Shown: positions 10,581-23,950, counted from the first letter of the stretch. The stretch: 64,000 nucleotides of DNA from Eledone cirrhosa (GCA_964016885.1 OZ024762.1:28706001-28770000), one strand, 5' to 3'. The notes: generated from the letters alone by a model not told the origin. A program made the numbers and translations.

Positions 10581-13500
10581 ATCATCATCATCGTTTAACG
10601 TCCATATTCCACGCTCGCATGGGTTTGGACGGGAGTTTTCCCACTTGAGGCAAGAGTGGTTGTCTTGCTCGCATAGGACTGTCTGGCGGGTTTTCTACGG
10701 CTGGATGCCCTTCCTAACACCAACCACATTTACAGTGTGGAACTGGGAGGTTTTTACCGTGTTACCTACACGGCCACATTACAGCGTGGACTGTGTGTTT
10801 TTTTGTCGTGACACCTACACGACCTCGTGTTTTGGGCTGGATGCTGTGGTACCAACATAACTTTACATTGAGAGGGGTGGAGGTAGTGGGACGGGGGTGT
10901 ATTTTGTTAGAGGTGCCTACTGACTGTAGTAGGTTTCACTTTTCACTTAGGTAAGGCGGGTCTTCTCTATTACTGTGTAGCGCCAAAGATCTCGGTCCAG
11001 TGACATTGTCTTGGAGAGGTGTAAGTGTGTGAGGTCGGAATTTATCAAGTCGTCCCAGGTTTTTCTGGGTCTGCCTACTCCGTGGCTACCGTCTATTTTT
11101 ATTGCCCTGCACTCTTTTTATACAGCTGTCGTCTTTCATGCGCATCACGTGACCATACCAACGTAGTCTTCTCTCGAGTAAACAACATCTGATCCCTCTT
11201 ATTTCTAATTTCTCCCTTAGTTTGTTTATGCTTTGCCGTTCACGTATATTACTATTACACATCCAGCGGAGCAGCAAGCTTCGTTTCTCTCCAGTCTGCG
11301 TATATCCTCTGCACACAATGCCCAGGTCTCACTGCCATGTAACATTGCTGTTCATATGCAGGCATCATACAGCCTGCCTTTCATTTTTAGAGAGAACCCT
11401 TTAGCGGCCAATAGTGGTATAAGCTCTCTGAACTTTTTCCATCCTGTTGAATCTAGCTACTGTACTTTCAGAGCACTCTCCCCCACTGCTGATTTTGTCA
11501 CCCAGGTAACGGAAGCTATGCACTATTTCTATAGAACCATCTGTGCAATAGCTTACCTGTGATCCCACTACATCTTTTATGTACCCATACTTTGCATTTG
11601 GGACATAAAATGGAGTTTCTACCTACTCCTTTCCTACACACTGAGCATGGCCATTTCCCAGATGGGACCAGTGCCTTACTTTCCTTCCTACAAACTAGAA
11701 CTTTAGTCTTTGACAGGTTAATTTTAAGGCCTTTTGATTCTAGGCCATGCTTCCATGTTTGGAATTTCTTCTCTAGTTCAGCCATTGATTCAGCTATGAG
11801 CGTTAGATCATCTGCATATAGGAGTTCCCATGGGCAGCCGGTCTTGAACTCCTCTGTTATAGCCTGAAGGGCAATAATAAATACGGAGCCCTGATGAACA
11901 CCAACTTTTACGCTAAACTCTTCACTATATTCGCTGTTAATTCTAACCTTGCTGACTGTTTCTTTATACATGGCTTGTATAGCTCTCACAAGCCATTCAT
12001 CAACACCTAATTTTCTAAGGGCCCACCAGATAATCGAGCGGGGTACTCTGTCAAAGGCTTTCTTCAAGTCAACAAAAGCTAAGTATAGGGGTTTACTTTT
12101 AGCTAGGTACTTCTCCTGTAGTTGTCGTACAATGAAAAGAGCGTCTGTTGTACTTTTACCTGACACAAACCCGAACTGCATTTCATCTAGATCAATTCGC
12201 TCTCTGATTAGTTGCGCTATTACTTTTTCTGTGACCTTCATGACCTGGTCAATTAATTTAATGCCTCTATAGTTTCCCCTATCTAGGGCATCACCTTTAC
12301 CCTTGTAGCAGTTAATGATGATGCTGCTGCGCCAGTGCTTCGGAACGACCCCATTCTGTATGACTTGGTTTACTATCCGGGTGACCATAGTGTGTCCCAC
12401 CGTTCCAGATGCTTTCAGCATTTCGGCAACCATTTCCGAAGGCCCAGCCGCCTTGCCTGTCTTCATGTCTTTGATCGCCTTACTTATTATACTACCTTCA
12501 ACTTGCACTGCTGGTCCCTCTATTGGGTCGATGTTGGGGAGACTGTCTTTCTCCCAATTATTCTCCTCATTTAGTAGCCTTTCGTAGTGACCTTCTTATC
12601 AGCGTCAGTGATGGCAAGTACACCATCATCATTTAGGACACTTCTCCCCGACAATATCACTGTTTTCCTTGACACATTGCCTAGCAATCCTGAACACCTC
12701 ACGTTTTTGGTCCTTGCGTTGTAGAACATGCTTGAACTTTCTTTCCTCTGCTTCCCTTCTTGCGAAGTACACTTGTCTCTTAGCTTCCCTCCTGGCCACT
12801 TGATAGTCTTCTCTACTTCCCCTATCCCGCCATGCTTTCCAAGCCTGCTTTTTGGCCTTGATTAACCTCTCCACCTTACTGTTCCACCACCAAGTTACTC
12901 TCATCCTGCCTATAGGCCTGCTCCAGCCACAGGTTTCATCTGTCGCCTTCAGCAGGTTAGCTTTCAGGAATTCCCACTGTTCCTCTATATTGTACGACTC
13001 TAATTGCTCTTCCTTACTATCAAAAGCATCAAGTAATATGCTTTTAAATTTATGACTGGCTGTGGGGTCCTTTAATTTCCATATTTTTCTCCTGAGGATA
13101 GTCCTCTTCTGTTGTCGAATACGTCTCGTCCTGACTATGAGGTCGCTAATTATGAGTATATGTTGAGACGTGCATTCTTCATGGGGGAGGGATTTAGTGT
13201 TTACAACAGACACTCTGTCACGTCTCCTGGTAAGGATATAATCTACCTGGCTTGTGTGTTCCCCCGATCTATAGGTGATCAAGTGATTGTCTCATTTTTC
13301 GAAGTTAGTGTTACAGATAGGTTATTTGCGTCGCAGAATTCCAGGATTCTGGAGCCTTCCTCATTTCTAGTACCAAACCCATAGCCTCCATGGATTCCGT
13401 CATAGCCGTCACAATGTTGTCCAACATGACCATTTAGGTCGCCAGCAATAATTATATAGTCACTGTCGGTTATTTGGGAGGTAGTGAGCATCAGTGTCTC

Positions 13501-13860
13501 ATAGAATCTGTCTTTTATAGTGCCGGGCAGTCCGGATTGGGGTGCGTACGCAGATATTACTGTCACCGTAGTTCTATTGAGGACAAGTCTTATTTTAATT
13601 ATTCTGTCGTTCACTCTATTTACGTCTATTATCTTATCTGCCCACTTTTTTGCTACCATGATTCCTACTCCACCCAGCCCATTGTCATTTCCCACCCAGA
13701 AAAGCTTATAGCATCGTTATTTACCCACGATGAATCTAGCAGACCCACCCCTCCACCTGGTCTCTTGAATACAACAAACATCGACCTCCTTACGTTCAAG
13801 CATTTCTACAACCTCATTAGAGCGACCCTTTAAGGTGCCTACATTCTGAAGTTTTGGATT
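10581..13860 (-). mobile_element. Near full-length RTE-clade LINE, frameshifted (APE endonuclease + RT)
   Basis: ORFs 13279-13695 (SAYAPQ, GDLNGH), 12629-13282 (SQVDYIL), 11516-12508 (AFVDLKKAFD, GVHQGS, YADD), 11086-11316 (RRLRWYGHV); 3' (GAT)n tail at ~10581. Confidence 0.92.
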
Positions 13861-14746
13861 GCGTTTGGAGGGGGGGGGGGGTTATGTTAGCCATCCGCGG
13901 CCGAAACAAAGAGGAGTCCTTGCATTCTCGTCCATGAGGTGAATTTGTCTTTATCTTTGGCATCGTCACTGAGCGTCCAGATTTTTCTTTTCAACTCTCC
14001 AGAATTCCGTAGTCCATCCATCATATCGAAAGGCAACCAGGTAAGTGATAGCATAGGCCGCTGACTTATGATTGGCCCACGTAATAATGGTGGTGAGTGG
14101 GGGCAGGTGGGAGGGGTATTGGGTAGTTAGCGAGAAGGTTAAGGTTTAAATAAGATCCCTGTATCTTGGGCATCATTTAACAAGCATAAAACAATAATAC
14201 AAGATTTGTTTTGAAAAATACGCTAGAATTATCGAATAGAAAAGCAAAGATTGGATTCGGGGAGAAATGATACAGAATGATGAATGGACTAAGGAATTAA
14301 AATGGTGAGAAGCGTGAAGAAATATTTGTACGTTACATTACACCATGATAGCAGCCTTTCTTGAAGAGGGTTGGCGATTTTTAAGGTTTCGTACTTGCCG
14401 GATTTATTTTATGTTTCGAGAGAGGGGAAGGGATTGGCGGGGAACCAGCATGATATAGAGGGGGGGGGGGTGAAGATAGGAGGGAGCAGAGGTTAAGAGT
14501 TTAAATAAAGTCCTCGAATTTGGGGCATAATTTAGCCAGCATAACAAATATATATATATTTATATCTGTATTTTTAACCGTTGGTCAGTCAATGATAAAC
14601 ATTGATTGCCAGATAAATTAACTATGGAGATATAAAAGACACAGAAGCGAAAACCAACCCAAACCAAACAGCGAGTGTGTTCTGTTATTATTTCTGGCAA
14701 TATTAAAACAATATGACCCTCGCCAAGTATAACAATATATATATAT

Positions 14747-15040
14747 ATGAAGAACTCAGAGCTTTATGGGAGCTTCCCTAAAGTCGCCTCAAAAGTAACA
14801 CAGAGGAGACTGAGGTTAGCTGGACATACTGACCGACATTCAGAGTTGATACTGCACTCAGTGCTCCTGTGGGAGCCCTTGCACGGACACACTAGAAGAT
14901 GGAGACCGAGGTTGACATATATTGATGCGCTAAGGACAGACACTGGTCTCTTGGAGACACAGGAGATGGCAGCGATGATGAGGGAGAGAGACCGCTGGAG
15001 AGAACTCATCCATGGATCTTGGGAATTTTACCTGCCCTAA
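14747..15040 (+). pseudogene. C-terminal fragment of a different RTE-like LINE, inserted in (TA)n
   Basis: RRLRLAGH...LWEP..G.TRR.RPRLTYID...RERDRWR C-terminal signature. Confidence 0.75.
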
Positions 15041-15580
15041 ATATATATATATATAAAGAATATTAACTCGGATATCGAGTTTTAAAATGCCAGTGTATTA
15101 GAATTTGTAGGAAAGTAGAAAAACTCAGCATAAAATACCATTGAAGTGGTGTTGGGTAAAACATTACCTCGAGGGACAGAAATCAGCGGCTCAATGTGAG
15201 TTGACTTGAAGAAATGATAGGAAGAAATAGAATGGGTACTAACGAAGATATTTATTTCTCCATTGTTACGAGCCTCCCATTCTTTGCAGTAATCTCAGAT
15301 AAATCGTTGAAACTGCAGGTGGTCTGAGATCTGATGTACATATTTTAATATTTGCAACCTCCTCTCACTCCGGGTGTACAAGCAGTACCATTGGTAGGGG
15401 TTGAAACTGGCAAGGTCCATCTCAACAGCTGATAAACCTGGAGTTCTGTGTTTTTCATTTGTATTTACATTTTCAAAAAATTATTTTTACGGTTTCCCCT
15501 TAAAAAAATGTTTTATCGTTTTGCCTTGTTTTCATTTGTCTGGTCCTCAATTTGTTAATTTTCTTAAGTTTATATATATA

Positions 15581-16213
15581 CTAGCAGTGGTACCCGGCGT
15601 TGCATGGGATAAGGTATTTTGGAACGCGGGCCGCCAACAGACCTAATCGTGGAAAAACTGCATGCCTCGACAATATGTAAAGAAAATAAACCGAATACTC
15701 TGATGGCTGGATAATCTTTAAGATTTTCCTCGATGAAGCAGGAAAAAATGCAGGTTTTCACCTAATGCGGGCCCTAGGGGATCAAGAGAATGAATATTTT
15801 ATATATGCATAATATGCCTTGAAATTTCGGGAAAATCAGCTAGACGTAACACCTCAAAAAGGCTCTAAAAACCTGAAAAAATGAAGTTTTTCACCTAATG
15901 CAGGCCCTAGGCCATAAAAAAGTTGGATTTTATTTGCTGACGGTATGAAGAAGAGACTGACTAATACATAGTTACAATTTCAAGGAAATCAGTCTGACGT
16001 AACACCTCAAAAAACCCTAAAAAGCTTAAAAAACGCAGTTTTCACCTACTGCGGGCCCTAGGGAATCAAAAAGTTGATTTTTTAAATGTGCATAAGACTC
16101 CCTAAAATATAATAAATACACATGTAAAGTTTGAAAAAAATCAGTTGGGTACTTTTTGAATTTTAGGGATTCAAACTCACACACACACACACATCCTTAG
16201 TTTTATATATATA
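15581..16213 (-). mobile_element. Non-autonomous Helitron
   Basis: Minus-strand 3' end CCCATGCAACGCCGGG..CTAG|T; 5' end TATATATAAAACTAAGGATG; internal ~150-bp subrepeats. Confidence 0.75.
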
Positions 16214-16421
16214 CTAACAGAATGGCCCTGCGTTGCTCGGGATTTGCTACAGGGTTCTTATATATTTGATATATATTTATCCTTATCGAACCTCGTAAAA
16301 TAAATACGTTTGTTTATATTTTGTTATTGTGTATGCAAAAAATCTGTCCATAAATATATAATTATATATATAAAATAAAGTTAAATAAAAGTCAAATGAT
16401 TAAAATTTAGCTTCGTTTATT

Positions 16422-16476
16422 ACTGCTATATATATTTCAGTGACAGCCATCTTTGGCTGTGACCTCTTCAGGCAGT
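16422..16476 (-). ncRNA. Type I hammerhead ribozyme (inverted copy)
   Basis: Reverse complement of 17839-17893. Confidence 0.8.
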
Positions 16477-17838
16477 TTGAATTAGTATGGTATAGACAAG
16501 TACATATGTTGTTGAGGTGTATAATATTGTCAATACTCTGATATGCCCAGTTCCTTGTTGGGTTGTTATTTCACTGAGGAACTGGAGTCATATGAATTCA
16601 AACAAACGAATTTCAGTGTCAAAGCCGGGACCTTTCTCAAGATATATGGACAGTAGCAACACAAGAAGATGTGAACTCCCCTCAAGCTATAGGGACTTCT
16701 ACAGAACATGAAAACACCTCTCGGCCAGACCTCCCTCAAACTATATGGGCAGTAACAACACCCTAGGTTGTGAACTCCCCTCAAGCCATAGGGAACAACC
16801 CAGGCTGAGCAGACACCATGATAGCCTAGAGATAGAATCGGACACAGCCATTACAATTTGGCCAACATCTATATAACACAAACACTTTTTAATTTACTAG
16901 ATTTCTGATTTTCAAGTTCCAATTTTAAATCTTGATTTCTCTTTATTAATTTATGTTTTCTGCCCTCTTCACTGTATCACCGTATATTTATTTTTAAGTT
17001 GAGATTGATTATAACACAAACACATTTAGTTTGATTATCTTATCTTAACATCTTGTCCTCATACCAATCTATCCAACATATTTCTGACCTTGAGATTGGT
17101 TATAGCACACACACACTTTATCCTACATTATTTTTCACTTCTCCATATTCATTTTCATTACTTTTTCACCAATTTTTCATTTATTCTTTATTCTCTATTT
17201 ATTTATTTATTTTCAAATTATACAAATTATATTAATTATTTTATTATATTATTTATTTTCTGTTTTCTTCATTTATTGCCTTATATTTCTTCATATACAT
17301 GGAAGAACCCCCGCCCCACCACCACTATGGTGGTGGCAGGAGGGATGAAGAAAAAACACACACTGGATACTTCTAAATTGTTAGCAGCAGCAAGATATAA
17401 GCTGACCACAACACCAACAACACTACCAAAATAATGGTAGAGGTCAAATGTACTGAACAATAGCAAGCAAAAACACTACAGGGAGCCTCACCCCAGAAAG
17501 AATTCTATAGACTTCTGACTGAGGAATGCTCTCAGAACTGACCAATGGGAAGTTTGACACTTTTTTTGTTATTTTGTTCCTTTAACACCTTGTCCCTTCT
17601 ACCATTTTATCAATTTTTTAAGCTAACTCCAACAATAACAACACTTAGAATGAGGAATGTTCTAATAACTGACCAATGAGAGAAGAGGACCTTTGACACT
17701 GAAATTCGTTTGTTTGAATTCATATGACTCCAGTTCCTCAGTGAAATAACAACCCAACAAGGAACTGGGCATATCAGAGTATTGACAATATTATACACCT
17801 CAACAACATATGTACTTGTCTATACCATACTAATTCAA

Positions 17839-17893
17839 ACTGCCTGAAGAGGTCACAGCCAAAGATGGCTGTCACTGAAATATATATAGCAGT
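17839..17893 (+). ncRNA. Type I hammerhead ribozyme
   Basis: actgc CTGAAGA ggtcacagcc aaagat ggctgtcact GAAA tatata TA gcagt, followed by AATAAA. Confidence 0.8.
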
Positions 17894-18669
17894 AATAAAC
17901 GAAGCTAAATTTTAATCATTTGACTTTTATTTAACTTTATTTTACACTACTCCGGAGTAACCAAACCAACCTGCGCACTTCGTCGAGTGCTCCAGCCTGC
18001 ATACTGAGGTGTTGGTATACAACCAACATAAACTCAAAATCTAATTATATATATATATATATTAAAATAACAGACTAAAGTTTAAGCAAAGAATCACTGC
18101 TTTCACCCTTAACGGGATATTCTACCTAAAAGCAGTATGCAGTACACTAAGACTAATTGATGTAATCTTTGGCCTTTGTTTATATTTTGTTTTTGTGTAT
18201 GCAAAAATATCTGTACACGAATATCTATATTAAAATAACATATTAATGTTTAAGCAAAGAATCGCTGCTTTCAACCTTAACGGGATCTTCTGAAACTAAA
18301 AAAATCAATCTGGAAAACAGGAAGACGATACTTTGGTTCGTGAAGACGTTCCCTGGCATAAGAATATATATACACACACACACTGATCGCGTCATAATGA
18401 TGTAATGTAGACCGCCAGGCATACAGACAGATATTATAAAGGCTCGACGTCATATCTATGTATCAATCTAAAAAGAGAAAGACTAAGAGAAAGAGAAAGA
18501 GATCGCTAAATCGCCTAATGCGGTTCCTAGGGCATTGAAAATTTGAAATTTTTTTTGCTCAAAACACTTCCGGGGTCACACGAGTTACATGTATAAAGTT
18601 TGAAAAAAAACGGTTGGGTACTTCTCGAGTTTTAGGGAAACAGACATCCTCTGTTTTATATATATAGAT

Positions 18670-19062
18670 GTATATATGAATGTAGGTATTGTATATTTAA
18701 TAATATACTGTATGTTTATCTAAAAACATTTTGAAGGCCCTGCACTATGAATTTAAGGTATTGACAGACGTCACATACCTAGCTTCAGGCAACCTGTATG
18801 TTAATGAGTTTAAACAGCGCATAAACATAATTGTAATTCTATAAGAATCCACCTTCTACAGCTCACAGCAAAAATAAGGGATATATAACCTTGATAACCA
18901 TTAAAAAGTGAGAAACAATCGTTGGTTATTTCCCTTTGGTTTTGCTGAAGCCAGGTGTGTGACTATAGTTACTACCTTAAATTCATAGCAAAAGGCCTTC
19001 AAAGTGTTTTTAACTAAACATACAGTATATTATTAAATATACAATACATACATTCATATATA
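18670..19062. repeat. Diverged ~90-bp inverted repeat pair; arm also homologous to 8215-8305
   Basis: 18670-18760 is approximately the reverse complement of 18975-19062. Confidence 0.6.
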
Positions 19063-20508
19063 CGTCACTATCTTAAAGCACCAATAGAAATATATCTGTT
19101 AGAACACGAAAAGTGTGAAACAACAGAATGTTCACTTTTCGTGTTCTAACATATATGCGTAGCTTCTTAAAAAATTTTTCGGGGATAGCCGTGGTGGTGG
19201 TGATCATATGTCATTGGCTAATTTTCAACCAATCAGAGTACCTCTCTCTATATCTCTTCCACTGTTACTTACGCCTGTTTCTCTCTATCTGTTCCGTCTC
19301 TATATATATCTCTTACTCTTTCGCTTTGCACTCCTCCCCTTCAATACCATCTCTCCCCCTCTCTATATATTTGTTACTCTATCGCTGCACGCTCCTCTCC
19401 TTCAATATATCAATTACACACGCTTTACACTCCTTTATCCCCAGCGCCCCTATATATACCCCCCCCCTCTCCCGCATCTATATTTTAATGTACCGTTGCA
19501 CCGTGAATATATGTGTCTATATATATATACATATATATTGTATATACACATTCATGTATGTGTATACACACTCATGTATGTATATACACTGGTTTTATGT
19601 GTGTATTGTAAATTTGTACTGTTAAAACACGAAACTAACATTCGATTGACACTTTGATTACCTGTACAGGCAATAGTTATTAGAATGCTGTTGAAGTGTG
19701 TATATATTTTTGGGGGACATCCTGTATATACACACATTATATATAATACAATAAACAGATAAATACACACATATATATATGAGCTTATTTAATTATAAAT
19801 ATTGTGAATTTTTAACTCAGTTCAATTATATATATAAATGGTTTCTACAGGACTAGAACTGTTTCATTCGAAAGAAATCATCATAATATTGAGAGGGGGG
19901 ACTAGATAAAATATTTCAAATCAAATGTGTATAAGTTATAAGTTAAAATGTATAAATAGAGACGATAGTGGAGGTATATCTGTTTAGTGGAACAGTAGAC
20001 GATAGAATTAAATACAGACGATAATCTCCCTTTAATGAAACAGCAGACGATAGAATTAAGGCAATTTAAATTTTAAGCATTTGCATTTTTGCCTTTCATC
20101 GTTACGGGGTCGATAAAATAAAGTACCAGTAATACACTGTCACTAGACGACTTTCAAATTGAATTGTTGGTTCCATTTCTTTAGTATTTTCAATTGTAGT
20201 TATCTACTTAAAAAGCGTTACACGGTTAGAGACATAATTCGTAAGTTATATCTTCCCTATTAAACCATTGCATTATTTCGCCTACAATAGAACAAAAATG
20301 AAATGTTCTTTAAAGAAACAGGAATATAACTTTATAAAAAAAAAAGTTGCATCCGCTTCTTTTATCATTGATAATTTTTTCGTTTTAATATTAATTTTTT
20401 TTTGTAGTTGTTTATATTAAAAATCTTACTGTAATATTTACTTAAACGAAGGCAAACATCTAAACTTATAGATTAATCTTGAGCGAAGGACTAGATAAAT
20501 CTCTCTCC

Positions 20509-20545
<37 letters not shown>

Positions 20546-20924
20546 AACGAAGAATGATAAAATTTCAAGCAAAGAGTTTAATTAGGTATATTTTGTAATA
20601 TTATTAACTAATTATTATAATTAACGCGCATATTTTGCTATCCTCAAACACGTTTACACATGGCATGAAATATAACTAATCCGAGATGGCTAGGTTTCAT
20701 CTTCTAACTGGATATACGAAATCCATTATGTCTTGACAACAACATGAGGTAACATTATGTTATTCACAGACACACTTTGTACACTGTTCCATATCAGAAT
20801 GTATTTCCTTCGTCACATTCACAAACAGTATTGAAAATATGTTCTTCGGCAAATAAAAATGTTTTGTTCATAATATTTCAACTAGCGATTGCTCTACTCC
20901 ACGCACGACCACCATAAATTAATG

Positions 20925-21105
20925 ACCAGCTCAACACAAGTATTGGTAGAGCGTCAGACACCATGCTTTGCAGTATTGTTATGGTCCTTTGCATTCTAAG
21001 TTCAAATCCTGCCGAGGTTAACTTCGACTTTCATACTTACTAATTCGATAAAATAAAGTACCAGTAATGGACTGCCGTAATGGATTTGTGCCGAAAAATA
21101 GAAAC
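20925..21105 (+). mobile_element. tRNA-derived SINE (second family; also 38383-38550 and 58779-58950)
   Basis: B-box AGTTCAAATCC then GAGGTTAACTT..TTTCAT..TCGATAAAATAAAGTACCAG. Confidence 0.7.
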
Positions 21106-21663
21106 ACTATTAATGTGCAATAAGAGCAAAATATAACGACATTGCTCAATTATTTTATCTAATGTTGTAATAACACAAGGAAATGTTGTTTGTGTATTTT
21201 TTTTTATATTTGCTCATAGGCTTTTACAATTTCGCTCAGCCAACAACTATTAAAAAGTGAGTTGCTTAAGATAACAATTTAATCACAAATTGTTGCTATC
21301 TTTTAATACACTCCAACAAGTCATCAAATTATGTACAATAAAAACAAATCTTATTAATTTGCTCAGGGAATATAAAGAAAATGTATATACACTGATAATT
21401 GCAATTGTATGTAAATATTTTGTTTTTGTATTGTATATTTTATGTTTTCTATTATGTATAATATATTGATTTAATATTGATTGTTTTTTGTAGTTGTTTA
21501 TATTAAAAGTCTGAAAATATTTTTATACATCTTACACTAATATTTATAAGATAATTTATAATAACAATTACATAATCTAATTACATTACAACGATAATTT
21601 ATTATTAATATATATCCTGTTTAACTAGAGTTATTACAAGCGTTGCCTTAAAAAAATATTAAA

Positions 21664-22618
21664 CTAGACATGAAAAATGCGCAAGCTCAAAAGTGCCACA
21701 GAATGTTATAATAAACCTTCAAAAGTGTGGGACTAGAGTTGTTGCTAAAAAATATTGTAATCATTATATATCGTACATTCTGTGGCATCCTTTATAAAAA
21801 TAGCTTAAACCAACGAAGCCTTTATTTTTACGCTATTTCACTTAGTTAATTCTTAGAGTGTAACATATAAAAATAAATACATCTATGTTTAATGTAATAA
21901 CAGCTATAAATAATTACGTAATATTATTATCATATACTCATAGTAACAAAATAATTGTGTTGAAACTTAATATGATGCTTATATGAACGATCAAATCTAT
22001 AAAGATAATTTCTTAAATATACTAATAGTAAAATAATTTAGTTATCTATTGTTACATTTTCATAGAACTATAATATTAACAATCGTATTGCATTATCAAA
22101 TTTTTATCACTACAAACTTTCATATTGGAATTACCTTAAGCCACTTATTATTACTTCGCTTTCGTACTTTTACAGCTGTAGATATTGCGCTGTATCTTAT
22201 ATCTAATATCAATATCTCGTGGTAATTTGCATGAAGTGTAAAATAGGTTTATTAATAACTTTAATATGAAATGTATTATACAGGGCTGCGGAGTCGGCCA
22301 AAAATTGACTGGCTCCAACTCAGGATCCGATACTCCATTATTTCCTAAATTTCAGCTCCGCAGCTCTGTTATTATATTAATTAATTTATTTTATAGTTGT
22401 AAATGATATTTTTATATGTTACACTCTAAGAATTAACTAAGTGAAATAGCGTAAAAATAAAGGCTTCGTTGGTTTAAGCTATTTTTATAAAGGATGCCAC
22501 AGAATGTACGATATATAATGATTACAATATTTTTTAGCAACAACTCTAGTCCCACACTTTTGAAGGTTTATTATAACATTCTGTGGCACTTTTGAGCTTG
22601 CGCATTTTTCATGTCTAG
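21664..22618. mobile_element. Foldback element, ~211-bp perfect inverted arms (CTAGAC...GTCTAG)
   Basis: 21664-21874 equals the reverse complement of 22408-22618 with no mismatch seen. Confidence 0.85.
22281..22368. mobile_element. Small hAT-like MITE inside the foldback spacer
   Basis: CAGGGCTGCGGAG...CTCCGCAGCTCTG termini; 8-bp flanks GTATTATA / TTATTATA. Confidence 0.6.
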
Positions 22619-23950
22619 TATATATGTGTATATATAAATATATATAAAGGAAGGTTTGTCATGTCTTCATTACGTTTATTGAGCAGTGAAGCACGTTTTG
22701 CTATCGATCAGCTCAAGGTTCGATCTAGCCTGACTCTAAAATCAATAGCTCATCAGACTTCTGTTGTGGTAATAATGATACAATCCCTAGATATCATCAT
22801 CATCGATTAATGTCTATCTTCCACGCTAGCATGGGTTGGACGGGTTTGTCCAATTTAGAGGCAAGTGTTGCGTTCATATATATAGAGAGAGAGAGGGAGA
22901 AGAGTAGACAGACAGACAATGACAAACAGGAAGAATCAACCTCAGTATTTTACTGGTATTTCATTTATGGACCTCAAAATATATAAGCAACTTCACCTCA
23001 GTGGGATTTGTACTGAGAGAGCTAGAACAGACACTGAACATATATCCAGATGTGCACACATGTATATAAAAACACATATAAACATACACATACGTACAGA
23101 CAGATACACATAATTATACACACGTACATATACATACTCACATATAGATATACCTATACACAAATAAAGATACAATCATATTCATGGACAGAAATTTCTA
23201 CACACATACATATACACTCATAAATATATCTGTTAGACATGCAGTGACTAACAACAGAATGTTGTAAGTCTGCGCGTTCTGACATATATGCGTAGCTTGT
23301 GAATAAAAAATTCAAGGAGTTTTGCTGGCCGTGGTGATCCCTCCCAAACATGTTTTGTAATGTATCGTCTTACTGGCTAATTTGATCGTCTTATTGGCTA
23401 ATCAACCAATGAGAGTAATTGTTGCTCAAAAGCATCCGCTACTTTGTTTGCACGTTTATTTATTGTTTCGCTTTCGTATCTTCCTCCTGTATTTCGTCGT
23501 TTATCATCAAAATATTTTTCCCTTTTTGGTAAGTTATATAGTTAATTTATATATGATTTTTTAAATTTATATTAACTATTTTTTTTCAGTTCGTTATAAC
23601 ATGCTTATAATATTGGTTGTATCATATTTTCTTGTATATACGTCCATATTGTTCGTTTTATGTTAAATTATTTTATTATTATTATGTTAGACTATTTGTA
23701 TGTAATATTTAATTTTTATTAATGCAACTATAACAATTATGTAAAATATATTTATTTAATATTGATTGTTTTTTGTAGTTATTTATATTAAAAGTCTGAA
23801 AATATTTTAATACATCTTACAATAATATTTATAAGATCATTTATAAAATAACAATTATATAATCTAATTACATTACAACTATAATTGATTATTAATATAT
23901 ATCATGTTTAACTAGAGTTATTACAAGCGTTGCCTTAAAAAAATATTAAA

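Larger units (their letters stand above)
16371..18045 (+). mobile_element. Non-coding Penelope-derived element with inverted pLTRs (16371-16624 / 17691-17944) and a 3' tail
   Basis: ~254-bp near-perfect inverted repeat, each arm with a hammerhead; inserted in a TA tract (uninterrupted host repeat at ~18177-18285). Confidence 0.75.
16214..18668 (-). mobile_element. Non-autonomous Helitron, head-to-tail with the previous one, hosting a PLE-derived insert
   Basis: Minus-strand 5' A|TCTATATATATAAAACAGAGGATG at 18668; 3' CCCGAGCAACGCAGGG..TTAG at 16214. Confidence 0.75.

Noticed and set aside
11559-13833. Plus-strand ORFs over the LINE (and minus-strand ORFs over 48.5-50.3 kb and 59.8-60.9 kb)
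   Set aside because: Antisense shadows of retroelement coding sequence
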